Source of the DNA: an uncultured Candidatus Sumerlaeota bacterium
GTDB taxonomy: Bacteria > Sumerlaeota > Sumerlaeia > MVZB01
DNA length: 64,000 bases
NCBI GenBank assembly: GCA_964473105.1
Contig: CAYYNQ010000103.1
Coordinates: 17,021 to 81,020, forward strand
Reading direction: 5' to 3'
Numbering within the stretch: the first letter of the stretch is position 1; every line of letters starts with the position of its first letter. Of this stretch, positions 18,907 through 32,696 are shown in pieces. The notes under the pieces are model-generated. The model saw only the letters and a list, made by a program, of their open reading frames with translations. It was not told the origin of the DNA and did not search any database. Made by a program: the position numbers and the translations under genes.

Positions 18907-19962
18907 ATGAAGGCAACCCAGGATATCCACATTGGCCATATCGAACCGCTGGTTTCACCGGAGCGACTGAAGTCTGACATGCCCATGACAAAACCGGTGA
19001 ACAGGACGGTTGTTGAGTGCCGCGAGTCAATCAGCAGCATTCTTGCGGGTGATGACCCTAGGTTGCTGGCCGTAGTCGGCCCGTGCTCCATTCACGATGA
19101 ATCCGCTGCACTGAAGTATGCTGGCGCGCTGTGTAATCTTGCCCGGGAATTGCAAGACCGAATTCTGGTTGTTATGCGAGTCTATTTTGAGAAACCCCGG
19201 ACCACGATCGGCTGGAAAGGCCTTATCAATGATCCTCATCTGGACGGAACGTTTGATGTATCATGTGGGCTTAAGAAAGCGCGACATATTCTGCTTGCGA
19301 TCAATGAAATGGGGCTGCCTGCAGCTAGTGAAATGCTCGATCCGATCACGCCGCAATACACGGCCGATTTGGTGGCATGGGCTTCGATTGGCGCACGAAC
19401 GACTGAAAGCCAGACCCACCGTCAGATGGCCAGCGGTTTATCCATGCCCGTAGGGTATAAGAATGGCACGGATGGTAATCTGCAGGTCGCGATTGATGCG
19501 ATTCAGTCGGCGAGGCAATCGCATGCCTTTATGGGCATCGAAGAGAATGGAAAGACCAGAGTGATCCACAACTGTGGAAATCATGCAGGGCATTTGATAT
19601 TACGCGGTGGTCGCAGCGGCCCAAATTATGATGTTGCCTCGGTATCAGGTGCGGTGAAGCGACTCGCGGCGGTCGGGTTGAATTCGCGCCTTATGGTCGA
19701 CTGCAGTCATGCAAACTCGGATAAGGATTTCCGGCGTCAAAGTCACGTGCTGCGGAAGGTCATTGCTCAGCGTATGACCGGAACGCAGGAGATCATTGGC
19801 GTAATGATCGAGAGCAATATCAGTGAAGGCAACCAATCGCTGGCCGCCGACCCGACATCCTTGCGGAAGGGTGTTTCAATTACTGATGCATGTATTGGTT
19901 GGGATGAAACAGCCACGCTTTTGCATGAAGCCTATGCACAGCTCGCGCCTTCCAACACATAA
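18907..19962 (+). CDS. aroG: 3-deoxy-D-arabino-heptulosonate-7-phosphate synthase, class I (AroG/F/H type)
   Basis: DDPRLLAVVGPCSIHD, KPRT, and IGARTTESQ. Start placed at MKATQ (18907); the ORF is open from 18781. Confidence 0.9.
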   Translation: MKATQDIHIGHIEPLVSPERLKSDMPMTKPVNRTVVECRESISSILAGDDPRLLAVVGPCSIHDESAALKYAGALCNLARELQDRILVVMRVYFEKPRTTIGWKGLINDPHLDGTFDVSCGLKKARHILLAINEMGLPAASEMLDPITPQYTADLVAWASIGARTTESQTHRQMASGLSMPVGYKNGTDGNLQVAIDAIQSARQSHAFMGIEENGKTRVIHNCGNHAGHLILRGGRSGPNYDVASVSGAVKRLAAVGLNSRLMVDCSHANSDKDFRRQSHVLRKVIAQRMTGTQEIIGVMIESNISEGNQSLAADPTSLRKGVSITDACIGWDETATLLHEAYAQLAPSNT

Positions 19963-20429
19963 TGATGAGTATTCACAAATTCATATCAAAACAACTCATT
20001 CCAGCCTCGCTTCCCGGGGTGTTTCGATTTTTCAACAGGCCTGAAAACCTCGAAAGATTAACACCTGATTTTTTACGGTTCAATATGATGACACCGGAAC
20101 CCGTTCCTATGCACGCCGGTTCGGTTATAGATTACTCCCTCAGGATTCACGGCATTCCGGTTCACTGGAGAACTATGATTATTGACTATGATCCCCCCAA
20201 CGGGTTCGTTGATTTTCAGCTTAACGGACCCTACCAGTTATGGCACCACCAGCATCGGTTTCGTGCAAGGGATGGGGGGACAGAAATTGAGGATGTCATT
20301 CATTATTCGATGCCTTTTGGCCCCGTGGGTGATCTGATGAACAGATTGCTCGTGAGGAGGGACATTCGGAGGATATTCGGTTTTCGGCGCCATAGAATAT
20401 CCGAGATCTTCAAACGGGCCACGACATGA
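19962..20429 (+). CDS. SRPBCC (START/Bet v1-like, polyketide cyclase/dehydrase-type) family protein
   Basis: 155 aa whose start overlaps the aroG stop. Typical SRPBCC size and beta-rich pattern. Confidence 0.6.
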   Translation: MMSIHKFISKQLIPASLPGVFRFFNRPENLERLTPDFLRFNMMTPEPVPMHAGSVIDYSLRIHGIPVHWRTMIIDYDPPNGFVDFQLNGPYQLWHHQHRFRARDGGTEIEDVIHYSMPFGPVGDLMNRLLVRRDIRRIFGFRRHRISEIFKRATT

Positions 20430-20614
20430 CATTGTTGCACCAAGTTGACCATCTGATGACCCTTGCAAGGATGTCCCGATGTTATAGGGCCGGGTTGATA
20501 TCTCCTGAATTGGGGCACAACTGTCAGGATCATATGTCACTGAACATGGTGGACAGAATGGAGCGCCCGGTTGCGTCGACTAAGCGAGGCCTTTCCTTGC
20601 TGGTCATTGGGTGA
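20426..20614 (+). CDS. Hypothetical small protein (62 aa), start overlaps the SRPBCC stop by 4 bp
   Basis: ATGA overlap with the upstream stop. No recognisable motif. Confidence 0.25.
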   Translation: MTLLHQVDHLMTLARMSRCYRAGLISPELGHNCQDHMSLNMVDRMERPVASTKRGLSLLVIG

Positions 20615-21066
20615 ACCATGGATGCCAACGATAACATGGGCCGTGTATCCGCACTTTTGAAGATGCAGAATATGGAAAACAGGTTGGATCCGTAAGCTGT
20701 GTCGGCTATCAAGGTATGGAAGCCTCCCGACCATACCGGCATTCGTCATTCCGAAGAGCCATGGGAGAACCATTTGGCGGCCATGTGATGTGTCGATGGC
20801 ATGTGTTGTGGTGGCTGTCGTTATGGATAGTTTGGTCATGGAGGCTCATCAAGGTCCCGAAAATGCTACAAGTGATGGGGCAGGCAGGGGTTCCTCCGAC
20901 CTGAAGAATTCTCGGTCCTCTCGCTGGATCGGCCCTCAAAATGGCCGCGTTCATGGCCCGTAATGTCGAAAACGGGATAAAAGCTTTGCCAGGCTGAACC
21001 TGATAAGATTTAATGGTGTTTCGGCATTTATCCTGACCATCAGGGAACTCATTCGGCTGGCCTGTT

Positions 21067-24000
21067 ATGACTCCATCGAGTACCCTTTTTCGCTTCGAAA
21101 CAGGCATCAAGCGTGGATTGCCCGATGTTCGGGGCGATGCGGTTGCACGGCAGCTGCACAGACATCTGGGGATTGCGGACCTTGGGGTTGAGACACGCGA
21201 TGTCTTTACCATAGACAATCCACCTCCTAAAGAAGACTGCATAAGATTACAGGACGAATTCACCGATTCGGTCATTCAGGTTTCTGGATCACCGCGGCTG
21301 GAGGCTGAACCCTTCGATTGGATTTTGGTCATTGGTTTCCGTCCGGGCGTTACTGACAACGTTGGCCGTTCGGCGCGGAGCGCATGCTTGTCGTTGACCG
21401 ACCGAGCATCTGATGATCCAGTTTCCATCCACACATCGACCGTTTATATCTTCCGTGGTGACGGGCTTCACGCGGGCATGATCGAACGTATCGGTTATGA
21501 TTTTCTTGCCAATCCCCTGATCGAGACGATCGATGTCTATGGTTGGGATGACTGGCAGGCAGGCCGTCCGGAGGCCTTTGTCCCGCGTATGGACACAGAT
21601 GAGTCCATACAGATTCGGCGTTATGACCTCTCGGGTTCTGACGAGGATCTGTTGGGAATCAGCCGGGAAGGGACTCTGGCTCTCAGCCTTGACGAGATGA
21701 GGGCGATCCGTGATTATTTTGCCGATGCCGGGGTCTGTGAAATCCGCCGTTCAAAGGGCTTGGATCACCAGCCAACCGATGTTGAACTGGAAATGCTTGC
21801 TCAGACCTGGAGCGAACATTGTAAACACAAGATCTTTGCCGCGGATATCGATTACATCGACGAGACAGGCCGTCAGGATGTGATTCACGGGTTGTTCAAG
21901 ACTTATATACGTGAGGCGACTGAACATGTTGGTCGACGGGTTCCGTGGCTTGTTTCGGTATTTGTCGATGATGCCGGGGTGGTTGAGTTCAATGAAAAAT
22001 ATGACCTTGCATTCAAAGTTGAGACTCACAATTCACCCAGTGCACTCGAACCTTATGGCGGGGCCATGACGGGCATTGTCGGATGTAACCGTGATCTACT
22101 TGGAACGGGACTCAGTTCCGAGATCATGGCCAATGTCTGGGGATACTGTTTTGCTTCTCCATCAACCCCGGATAACTCCGTTCCAGAAGGGGTGCTTCAT
22201 CCGGCTCGACTACGGGACAATGTACACAAGGGTGTGATTGATGGGGGTAACCAGAGCGGCATACCCTATGCGACAGGTTGGGAGTTTTTCGATGATCGTT
22301 ACCAGGCAAAACCACTGGTTTATTGTGGTTCGGTGGGAATCTTGCCACGGAATCTCCCGGACGGGCGTCGCTCCGGGACCCCGAAGAAACCCAATTCGGG
22401 GGATCATGTGGTGATGATTGGAGGCCGGATCGGCAAGGACGGGATCCACGGGGCGACATTCAGCAGCGAGGAATTGCATGGTGCATCTCCTGTTCAGGCC
22501 GTCCAGATCGGAGATCCGATCACCCAGAAGAGAATGAGCGATTTTCTGGTCGAGGCGCGGGATGCCGGGTTATATTCTGCAATTACGGACAATGGCGCAG
22601 GCGGACTCAGTTCATCGGTTGGTGAAATGGCAGCGGGGTGCGGCGGTGTAGAGATCGAATTGAAGAATGCACCACTTAAGTATACGGGCCTTCAGCCTTG
22701 GGAGATATGGTTAAGCGAGGCGCAAGAACGAATGTCGCTGGCTGTGCCGCCTGACAAACTAGATGCACTGGAGAATCTTGCGCGCTGTCGTGATGTCGAG
22801 TTGAGTGTTCTTGGGCGCTTCAACAGTTCTGGTTATCTTCACCTTCGATATGATGGAGAGACCGTGGGCTGGGTGGACATGGATTTTCTTCATGACGGAT
22901 GCCCAAAAATGAGACTGAAGGCGGTCTGGAGGCCGCCGTATTACCCCGCTCCGGACTGGCCTGATGATCATCGACTTGGTGATAGCCTTCGTGGTTTACT
23001 GGGCAGGTTGAATATTGGATCCAAGGAGCAAAAGTGCCGCCAGTATGACCACGAGGTCCAAGGGCGGACCATCATCAAGCCTTTCGTTGGTAAAAGAAGG
23101 GACATCCCTTCGGATGCAACCGTGATGCTGGTTGATCATGCATCTGAGGATGGAGTTGTGATCAGCCGTGCACTGCATCCCCACCTTGCTGACCTTGACA
23201 CCTATCACGCAACGGCTTGTTCGCTGGATGAAGCCGTAAGACGAATCGTTGCTGTGGGCGGGCGGCACGATCGGGTTGCAGCACTGGATAACTTTTGCTG
23301 GCCTGATCCGGTCTTGTCGCCATTGACACCTGACGGCTCATATAAACTGGCTCAGCTTGTCCGGGCAAACCAGGCGCTATACGATACCTGCATTGCGCTG
23401 GACCTGCCCCTGATTTCAGGTAAAGACTCGATGAAGAACGATTCAACGCGCAGTGGAAAAAAAATCTCGATCCCGCCCACCCTATTGATTTCAGCTATCA
23501 GCAGGACGGATGATGTGCGGCGATGTGTGACACTTGAGGCAAAGATGGCCGGTGACGTGGTTTATGTTGTCGGTATAACCCGGGCCGAGTTGGGAGGCAG
23601 CGAGTTGGCCTGGATGCTGAATGATCGTGAAGTTGTCAACGATCCGGGAATCAGTCGATATCCCGGTGATCGGGACACCCCCCCAAGAATCGGCGGAGAG
23701 GTCCCAAAACTTCAAGTTGAATTGGCAAGGGACATTTATTCTGCAGTCGAGGCAGCGATTTCTGGCGGGGTGTTGCGCAGCGTCCATGCGCCGGGGCTGG
23801 GGGGATTGGCCACCGGCTTGGCAATGATTGCCATGGGTGGTGAATTCGGTCTGGACCTGTATACAGAAAATATCCCCGTTCAGCGTGGGGATGGTGAAAT
23901 ATCGATTGCAGGTAAAGGGGGACTCAGCCATACGGAGATCCTGTTCAGCGAATCACCTGCGCGGTTCATCCTGACGGTCGATCCTCTCCATGTCGAACGT

Positions 24001-24159
24001 CTGGAAAACCTTTTGAGGCATGTTCCGCATGGAGCCGTAGGTTATGTCAGTGATCATGGCAGGTTGAAGTTTGTTGATAATGAACTGAAGGTGCTGGTGG
24101 ATGAATCAGTGATCGAGCTCAAGAATACATGGAAGAATTCCTTGCCGGATAAAGTATGA
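21067..24159 (+). CDS. purL: Phosphoribosylformylglycinamidine synthase, long synthetase subunit (PurS-like N-domain + linker + FGAM synthetase domains, no glutaminase)
   Basis: SEHCKHKIF sits ~245 aa from the N-terminus, as in large PurL. Duplicated AIR-synthase-related domains. The ORF ends 4 bp into purQ. Confidence 0.9.
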   Translation: MTPSSTLFRFETGIKRGLPDVRGDAVARQLHRHLGIADLGVETRDVFTIDNPPPKEDCIRLQDEFTDSVIQVSGSPRLEAEPFDWILVIGFRPGVTDNVGRSARSACLSLTDRASDDPVSIHTSTVYIFRGDGLHAGMIERIGYDFLANPLIETIDVYGWDDWQAGRPEAFVPRMDTDESIQIRRYDLSGSDEDLLGISREGTLALSLDEMRAIRDYFADAGVCEIRRSKGLDHQPTDVELEMLAQTWSEHCKHKIFAADIDYIDETGRQDVIHGLFKTYIREATEHVGRRVPWLVSVFVDDAGVVEFNEKYDLAFKVETHNSPSALEPYGGAMTGIVGCNRDLLGTGLSSEIMANVWGYCFASPSTPDNSVPEGVLHPARLRDNVHKGVIDGGNQSGIPYATGWEFFDDRYQAKPLVYCGSVGILPRNLPDGRRSGTPKKPNSGDHVVMIGGRIGKDGIHGATFSSEELHGASPVQAVQIGDPITQKRMSDFLVEARDAGLYSAITDNGAGGLSSSVGEMAAGCGGVEIELKNAPLKYTGLQPWEIWLSEAQERMSLAVPPDKLDALENLARCRDVELSVLGRFNSSGYLHLRYDGETVGWVDMDFLHDGCPKMRLKAVWRPPYYPAPDWPDDHRLGDSLRGLLGRLNIGSKEQKCRQYDHEVQGRTIIKPFVGKRRDIPSDATVMLVDHASEDGVVISRALHPHLADLDTYHATACSLDEAVRRIVAVGGRHDRVAALDNFCWPDPVLSPLTPDGSYKLAQLVRANQALYDTCIALDLPLISGKDSMKNDSTRSGKKISIPPTLLISAISRTDDVRRCVTLEAKMAGDVVYVVGITRAELGGSELAWMLNDREVVNDPGISRYPGDRDTPPRIGGEVPKLQVELARDIYSAVEAAISGGVLRSVHAPGLGGLATGLAMIAMGGEFGLDLYTENIPVQRGDGEISIAGKGGLSHTEILFSESPARFILTVDPLHVERLENLLRHVPHGAVGYVSDHGRLKFVDNELKVLVDESVIELKNTWKNSLPDKV

Positions 24160-24983
24160 ATATGAACCACGGAAAACCCAGGGCGTTGGTGATGACCGGT
24201 TTCGGCCTGAATTGTGAACGTGAAACTGCCCATGTCTTGCGACTGGCCGGTGCTGAAGTTGACCTGAGACACCTCAACGATTTGGTAGACCATCCTGAGT
24301 GTCTTGCAAACTACGGCTTACTTGCCTTCATTGGTGGATTTAGTTATGGAGATCATATTGCTGCTGGTCGTGCTCTGGCAATCCGGATGAAGTATGGTCT
24401 GGCGGATCCCCTTGGGGGTTTTGTTCATCGTGGGGGTCTTGTCATTGGAATCTGCAATGGGTTCCAGGTTCTGGCAAAACTAGGCCTGCTTCCGGGATTC
24501 GAACCCTTTGGAAAGGATGTTGATCAACAGGTGACACTTACTCACAATGACTCGGGTGTATTTCGCAATGACTGGGTTCGGTTGAGGGTGAATCCCGATA
24601 ACCCATGTGTTTTTACGCGAAACCTGAACGTCCTAGATCTGCCAATACGTCATGGTGAAGGGAAATTTGTCGTGAAGGACGACTCCATTCTTAAGCGTTT
24701 AAGGGAATGCAACCAGATTGTTTACCGGTATGCCGATGACTCGGGTGAACCCACGCAGGGGTTTCCGGAAAACCCCAACGGATCGGTGGATGCAATTGCG
24801 GGGATTTGTGACCCTACTGGACGGATCTTCGGAACCATGCCGCATCCCGAGGCGGCAATCCTGCCGGCTCATCATCCTGATGCGCCGGCTTGCCGTGCCT
24901 TGGGCAAGTCCGAACCCGTGGCACAGGGGTTGAAGATATTCCGCAATGCAGTGGATTACATGGAGTCGCATATGCCCGCATGA
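24156..24983 (+). CDS. purQ: FGAM synthase glutamine amidotransferase subunit
   Basis: GGFSYGD, nucleophile elbow GICNGFQ, MPHPE. Overlaps the purL stop. Confidence 0.9.
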   Translation: MNMNHGKPRALVMTGFGLNCERETAHVLRLAGAEVDLRHLNDLVDHPECLANYGLLAFIGGFSYGDHIAAGRALAIRMKYGLADPLGGFVHRGGLVIGICNGFQVLAKLGLLPGFEPFGKDVDQQVTLTHNDSGVFRNDWVRLRVNPDNPCVFTRNLNVLDLPIRHGEGKFVVKDDSILKRLRECNQIVYRYADDSGEPTQGFPENPNGSVDAIAGICDPTGRIFGTMPHPEAAILPAHHPDAPACRALGKSEPVAQGLKIFRNAVDYMESHMPA

Positions 24984-25153
24984 AAAACCGTCTTCAGAGA
25001 CAGGGGGGAATGCAAGATCGCCCAAGGATGAGGGCTGCTGCAATTCATGGAGCTGGTGCAGCGCGGGATTCATCGAGAGTACACGGTTGTTGTGGGTATT
25101 AAACTATGGAGCCCCATGGTATCTGGGAAAGTTCAACTAGATTGTCCCAATCA

Positions 25154-28805
<3,652 letters not shown>

Positions 28806-29227
28806 TCAGGCCTGATATAAACGATTATCCATGTTTCTGCATGACAGGAACGAGCCTGTCAGTCATTTGATCAAGCGCAGCGTTGAACCATGTTTTTTCA
28901 CCAGATTTTTAACGGGTCCTGCGCTTGGGCCCGGTCGTTTTTGAGTCGGATTGATACCAGCTTTCGGGGCATACGGTAACATTACAAATTCCGTCCCTGC
29001 CGATCCATTATTTATTAAACCCCGAATTCTGGTCTATGTCAAGATAAAGGCTGGGGCAAAATGAGTCGTATCATAATATAAATCAGTAATATAAGGTTAA
29101 TATAGGATCCGTGTGCAAACAATGGTTCGGCCGGTTTGGTCCGGATGAAAAGAATCCGTAAAAAGTCAAAACCTGAATAGAGAATAAATAGCGAAAATTC
29201 CTGGGGTCCTGGAAGAGAATATCAGGG

Positions 29228-30862
29228 CTATTCGGATAACGGGTTCCATTCGATATTTCCAAACTGGACCTGACCGACCGAATTGATTTTCAGTCCGGAG
29301 ATCAGGGGGGTGACCAGATACGGTGTCTTGTAATAATAAATCGGAGCAATCGGCTGCTCACTGATAAAATATTCCTCGGCCCTCCTCAGGATTTTCATGC
29401 GTTCTTCATTGTCCCCTTCCGACTTTGATATTTCCAATAACCGGTCAAATTCATCATTCTTCCAGTGGGCCGTATTGTTTTGGCTACGGGAATCATACAT
29501 TTCCAGAAAATTGATGGGATCGGCGAAATCGGCCACCCATCCCGCCCTCGCAATGTCGAAATTGCCTTTCTGTTTGTTGTCGAGCACAACCTTGAACTCT
29601 TGGTTCTCGATCCGGACTTCAATTCCTAGCTCCCGGCTCCAGACTTCCTGGACAACCTGGGCGATCTTGCGGTGACCCTCATCGGTGTTGTACAGATAGG
29701 TCAATTCAGGAAACCCCTTTCCTCCCGCATAACCCGCTTGGCTGAGTAACTGACGTGCTGAGTCGAAATTGGCATCTGGATATGGCATCAGGAAGCTGTT
29801 GTCTGGGGATGGTTTGTAAAGCTTTGGTGGGCAGAGCGTAAAGGCGATCTTTTCCCCCGCGCGGGTGACACCTTTGACGATATCCGTGCGGTTGATGGCC
29901 ATGGCTAGTGCACGGCGAACATCCGGATTATTGAGCGGTGGTTTCTGGCAATTGAATTCCAGATAATATGTGGCGATTGCGGATGAGGATTTCAGGTCGG
30001 GCAGGGTCTTCAGGCGGTCGAGTTGCTCGCGCGGGACATCTTGGTTCATGTCCAATTCACCATTTTCGTAGGCGATCAGGGCAGTCGATGAATTCTGGAT
30101 CATGCGAAACTCGATCTCTTCCAGTGTTTCGGGGTTGAAATTCCAATAATCGGGGTTTTTCTTCATTTTTATCGAGAATCCGGGTCTGTATACAGCCAAG
30201 GTAAATGCTCCGTTCCCGACATAGCTTTCCACGTCCAGCGACCACTTTTGCGGGAGAGCCTCGACTTGGCGCCGATTCACGGGAAAGTAGATATGGTGCG
30301 CAAGCATCTGGGTGAAGAATGGAGCCGGGGACTTGAGTCGTACCCACAGGATTTTAGGTGCAATAGCCTTTACGCCAACTTTCGATGCATCTAATTTCGG
30401 ATTGTTATAATATTCCTTGGCGCCCTCAATATAGAAAAGCATATAGGCGTATTCTGCCCCGAACTCTGGGTTGAGGACCCGTTCGATCCAGTTGAAGTAA
30501 AAGTCATCGGATGTAACCGGGTCACCGTTGGACCACTTCGCATCGCGTAGCGCGAAGTTGTATGTTAGTCCATCGGGGCTGACCGTCCAGTCTTCAACCA
30601 TTGCATTCTGTAGTTCCCCGTTGTCGGAAACTTTGAATAAACCTTCGATCAGGCAGGAAACGGCACGTGCGGACGGGATATCCGTGCCCAGCGCAGGATC
30701 CATTGACCGGGGATCGGCTCCTAGATTGAAAACGGCGGTATTCCGGGCTCTCCGTTCAGCACGCGGATCGGGTTGCCTGCAGCCCGCGAATCCGACCAGG
30801 AACATTGCTATGAGAATGATCCGGAGCAAGATTGGGGGGTAGTGCTGCATGGAAACCTCCAT
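29228..30862 (-). CDS. ABC transporter substrate-binding lipoprotein, family 5 (peptide/nickel/oligosaccharide type); no permeases adjacent
   Basis: Lipobox LVGFAGC and an SBP_bac_5-like length and pattern. Confidence 0.75.
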   Translation of the reverse strand: MEVSMQHYPPILLRIILIAMFLVGFAGCRQPDPRAERRARNTAVFNLGADPRSMDPALGTDIPSARAVSCLIEGLFKVSDNGELQNAMVEDWTVSPDGLTYNFALRDAKWSNGDPVTSDDFYFNWIERVLNPEFGAEYAYMLFYIEGAKEYYNNPKLDASKVGVKAIAPKILWVRLKSPAPFFTQMLAHHIYFPVNRRQVEALPQKWSLDVESYVGNGAFTLAVYRPGFSIKMKKNPDYWNFNPETLEEIEFRMIQNSSTALIAYENGELDMNQDVPREQLDRLKTLPDLKSSSAIATYYLEFNCQKPPLNNPDVRRALAMAINRTDIVKGVTRAGEKIAFTLCPPKLYKPSPDNSFLMPYPDANFDSARQLLSQAGYAGGKGFPELTYLYNTDEGHRKIAQVVQEVWSRELGIEVRIENQEFKVVLDNKQKGNFDIARAGWVADFADPINFLEMYDSRSQNNTAHWKNDEFDRLLEISKSEGDNEERMKILRRAEEYFISEQPIAPIYYYKTPYLVTPLISGLKINSVGQVQFGNIEWNPLSE

Positions 30863-31163
30863 TAATTCGTGAATTAAGCGCGGATCCCACGGAGCCCGGG
30901 GAAATCCACTTCCAGACTATACTGGTCTGGGGCGTTCATTCAATTCCGATCAATCGCGAGGGACCCTTTCGTGAGAATCTTGACCTCTCACTATGAATCT
31001 ATTGCAATTGTGGCCCTCAGTATGCAGTGACTCGGGAATGACACCCTCGACCGTGTGGAGCACATGAAACTTTTCTAGACAAAGAGGCCTGTGAATCGAG
31101 AGACTGGGTGTTCTTGATTATGGATCAATATTGGCGGAAAGGGTCAGGATGATGTCTGGGGCA

Positions 31164-32459
31164 ATGAAAATTGGGATGATTGGATTCGGCAATATTGGTA
31201 CAGGCGTGGTCAAATATCTTGATCAGTTGCGCCAACTTCACGCGGCAAGGCTCCCGCGCCCCATGGCGTTAAGCCGGATTGTTGACAAGGATATCACCAC
31301 AAGGCGTGATGCACCATATGACCTTGGGATCCTCAGCAATGATCTTGATGCGCTTTATAGTGATCCAGAGATTGAGGTTGTCATTGAACTGGTGGGGGGT
31401 GAGGAACCCGCACGAAGTTTTATCGAAAGGGCACTCATCTCTGGCAAGCATGTGGTTACGGCTAACAAAGCCGTGATGGCGGCCTATGGACCCGAACTAC
31501 TTGATCTGGCCGATGAGCAAGGGGTCGGGCTGTTATTCGAGGCTTCTGTTGCAGGTGGGATACCGATCATTCGGGCCTTCCAGCAGGGATTGTGCGCGAG
31601 TGAACTGACCAGCGTTCAGGGAATCCTAAACGGGACATGCAATTACATCCTGACACGTATGGGTGAGGAGGGGTTGGAATTCGATATGGTTTTGGCTGAT
31701 GCACAGAAACTCGGCTATGCTGAACCGGATCCCACATACGATATTCAAGGTTATGATACTGCCCACAAAACGGCAATTCTCGCATCATTAGCCTTCGGAA
31801 TGGATATCCGTTACAAGGATGTTTATGTCGAGGGTATCGAGCATATCCAGCCGCCTGATCTTCGGTATGCGAAGGAACTGGGTTTTGTGGTAAAGCTGCT
31901 CGGGATTGCCAGGCGTGAGCGCCCGGAACAGGCGGTTGAAGTGCGTGTGCACCCAACGCTGGTTCCGTTGACCTCTCCCTTGGGCCAGGTCGGCGGGGTT
32001 TATAACAGTCTTCTAGTTGATGGTTATCCGATCGGCCCGACAATGTATTATGGGCAGGGCGCCGGTCCGGATGCGACAAGTTCTGCGGTCATCAGTGACC
32101 TGATGGCCTTGGCATCGGATATACGCGGTTTCAATCGTTGGCGTGATTCTAGGTTGAGGGCTGATATGCATCACAAACAGACCAAGCCTATGGAATGTTT
32201 GCAGGCTCGTTACTACCTGAGGTTTGAGATGCACGACCAAGCCGGAGTGATGGACGTGATCCGCCAGATTATGAATGAACAAAACGTTTCGGTCGATTCG
32301 ATGATTCAGGATCCTGACGCAAGGGGGGTCGATGATTCCACATCGATCACGATCATCACGCATCAGGTGCGGGAAGCGGATATCCAGTCTGCCATTGAGA
32401 GGGTTGAGCTAAATAAGGCCAGTCATGATAAGGCTCTTGTAATCCGTTTTATGGAGTAG
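31164..32459 (+). CDS. hom: Homoserine dehydrogenase with a C-terminal ACT domain
   Basis: MKIGMIGFGNIGTG Rossmann motif, the catalytic region, and an ACT tail. The frame is open from the TTG at 31131; the ATG at 31164 is preferred. Confidence 0.9.
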   Translation: MKIGMIGFGNIGTGVVKYLDQLRQLHAARLPRPMALSRIVDKDITTRRDAPYDLGILSNDLDALYSDPEIEVVIELVGGEEPARSFIERALISGKHVVTANKAVMAAYGPELLDLADEQGVGLLFEASVAGGIPIIRAFQQGLCASELTSVQGILNGTCNYILTRMGEEGLEFDMVLADAQKLGYAEPDPTYDIQGYDTAHKTAILASLAFGMDIRYKDVYVEGIEHIQPPDLRYAKELGFVVKLLGIARRERPEQAVEVRVHPTLVPLTSPLGQVGGVYNSLLVDGYPIGPTMYYGQGAGPDATSSAVISDLMALASDIRGFNRWRDSRLRADMHHKQTKPMECLQARYYLRFEMHDQAGVMDVIRQIMNEQNVSVDSMIQDPDARGVDDSTSITIITHQVREADIQSAIERVELNKASHDKALVIRFME

Positions 32460-32696
32460 AACCACATGAATGGTCTTGTCAATGAATCCATGAAAATTAT
32501 CCTGAAGAGGCCAGGAAATATGCGGGTGGGCAAGTGACAGGGTTTGCTCCTGATTCAAAAACTCAAGTGGAACAGGCTTGTAATGATAAGGTGGATTCGG
32601 GCTCGTGTTATTGAGGAAAGAATCTGTATGCATTGAATTCTTTATCGTCAGGGTAGGGATTTTGCGAGTGACCTTGTGTTGATCATTTGACGACGA

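Noticed and set aside
20900-21066. Possible purine or ZTP riboswitch in the purL leader
   Set aside because: I could not find the conserved cores by eye: no GUUUCUACC / CCGUAAAU for purine, and no pfl-type GGGUCGUGACUGGCG ... CCGCCUGGGCA. Kept only as a low-interest note under the long-leader finding.
20709-21275. 188 aa minus-strand ORF overlapping the purL start and leader
   Set aside because: Ser/Arg/Pro/Cys-rich composition typical of antisense translation of GC-rich DNA. It overlaps the well-supported purL start and has no motif.
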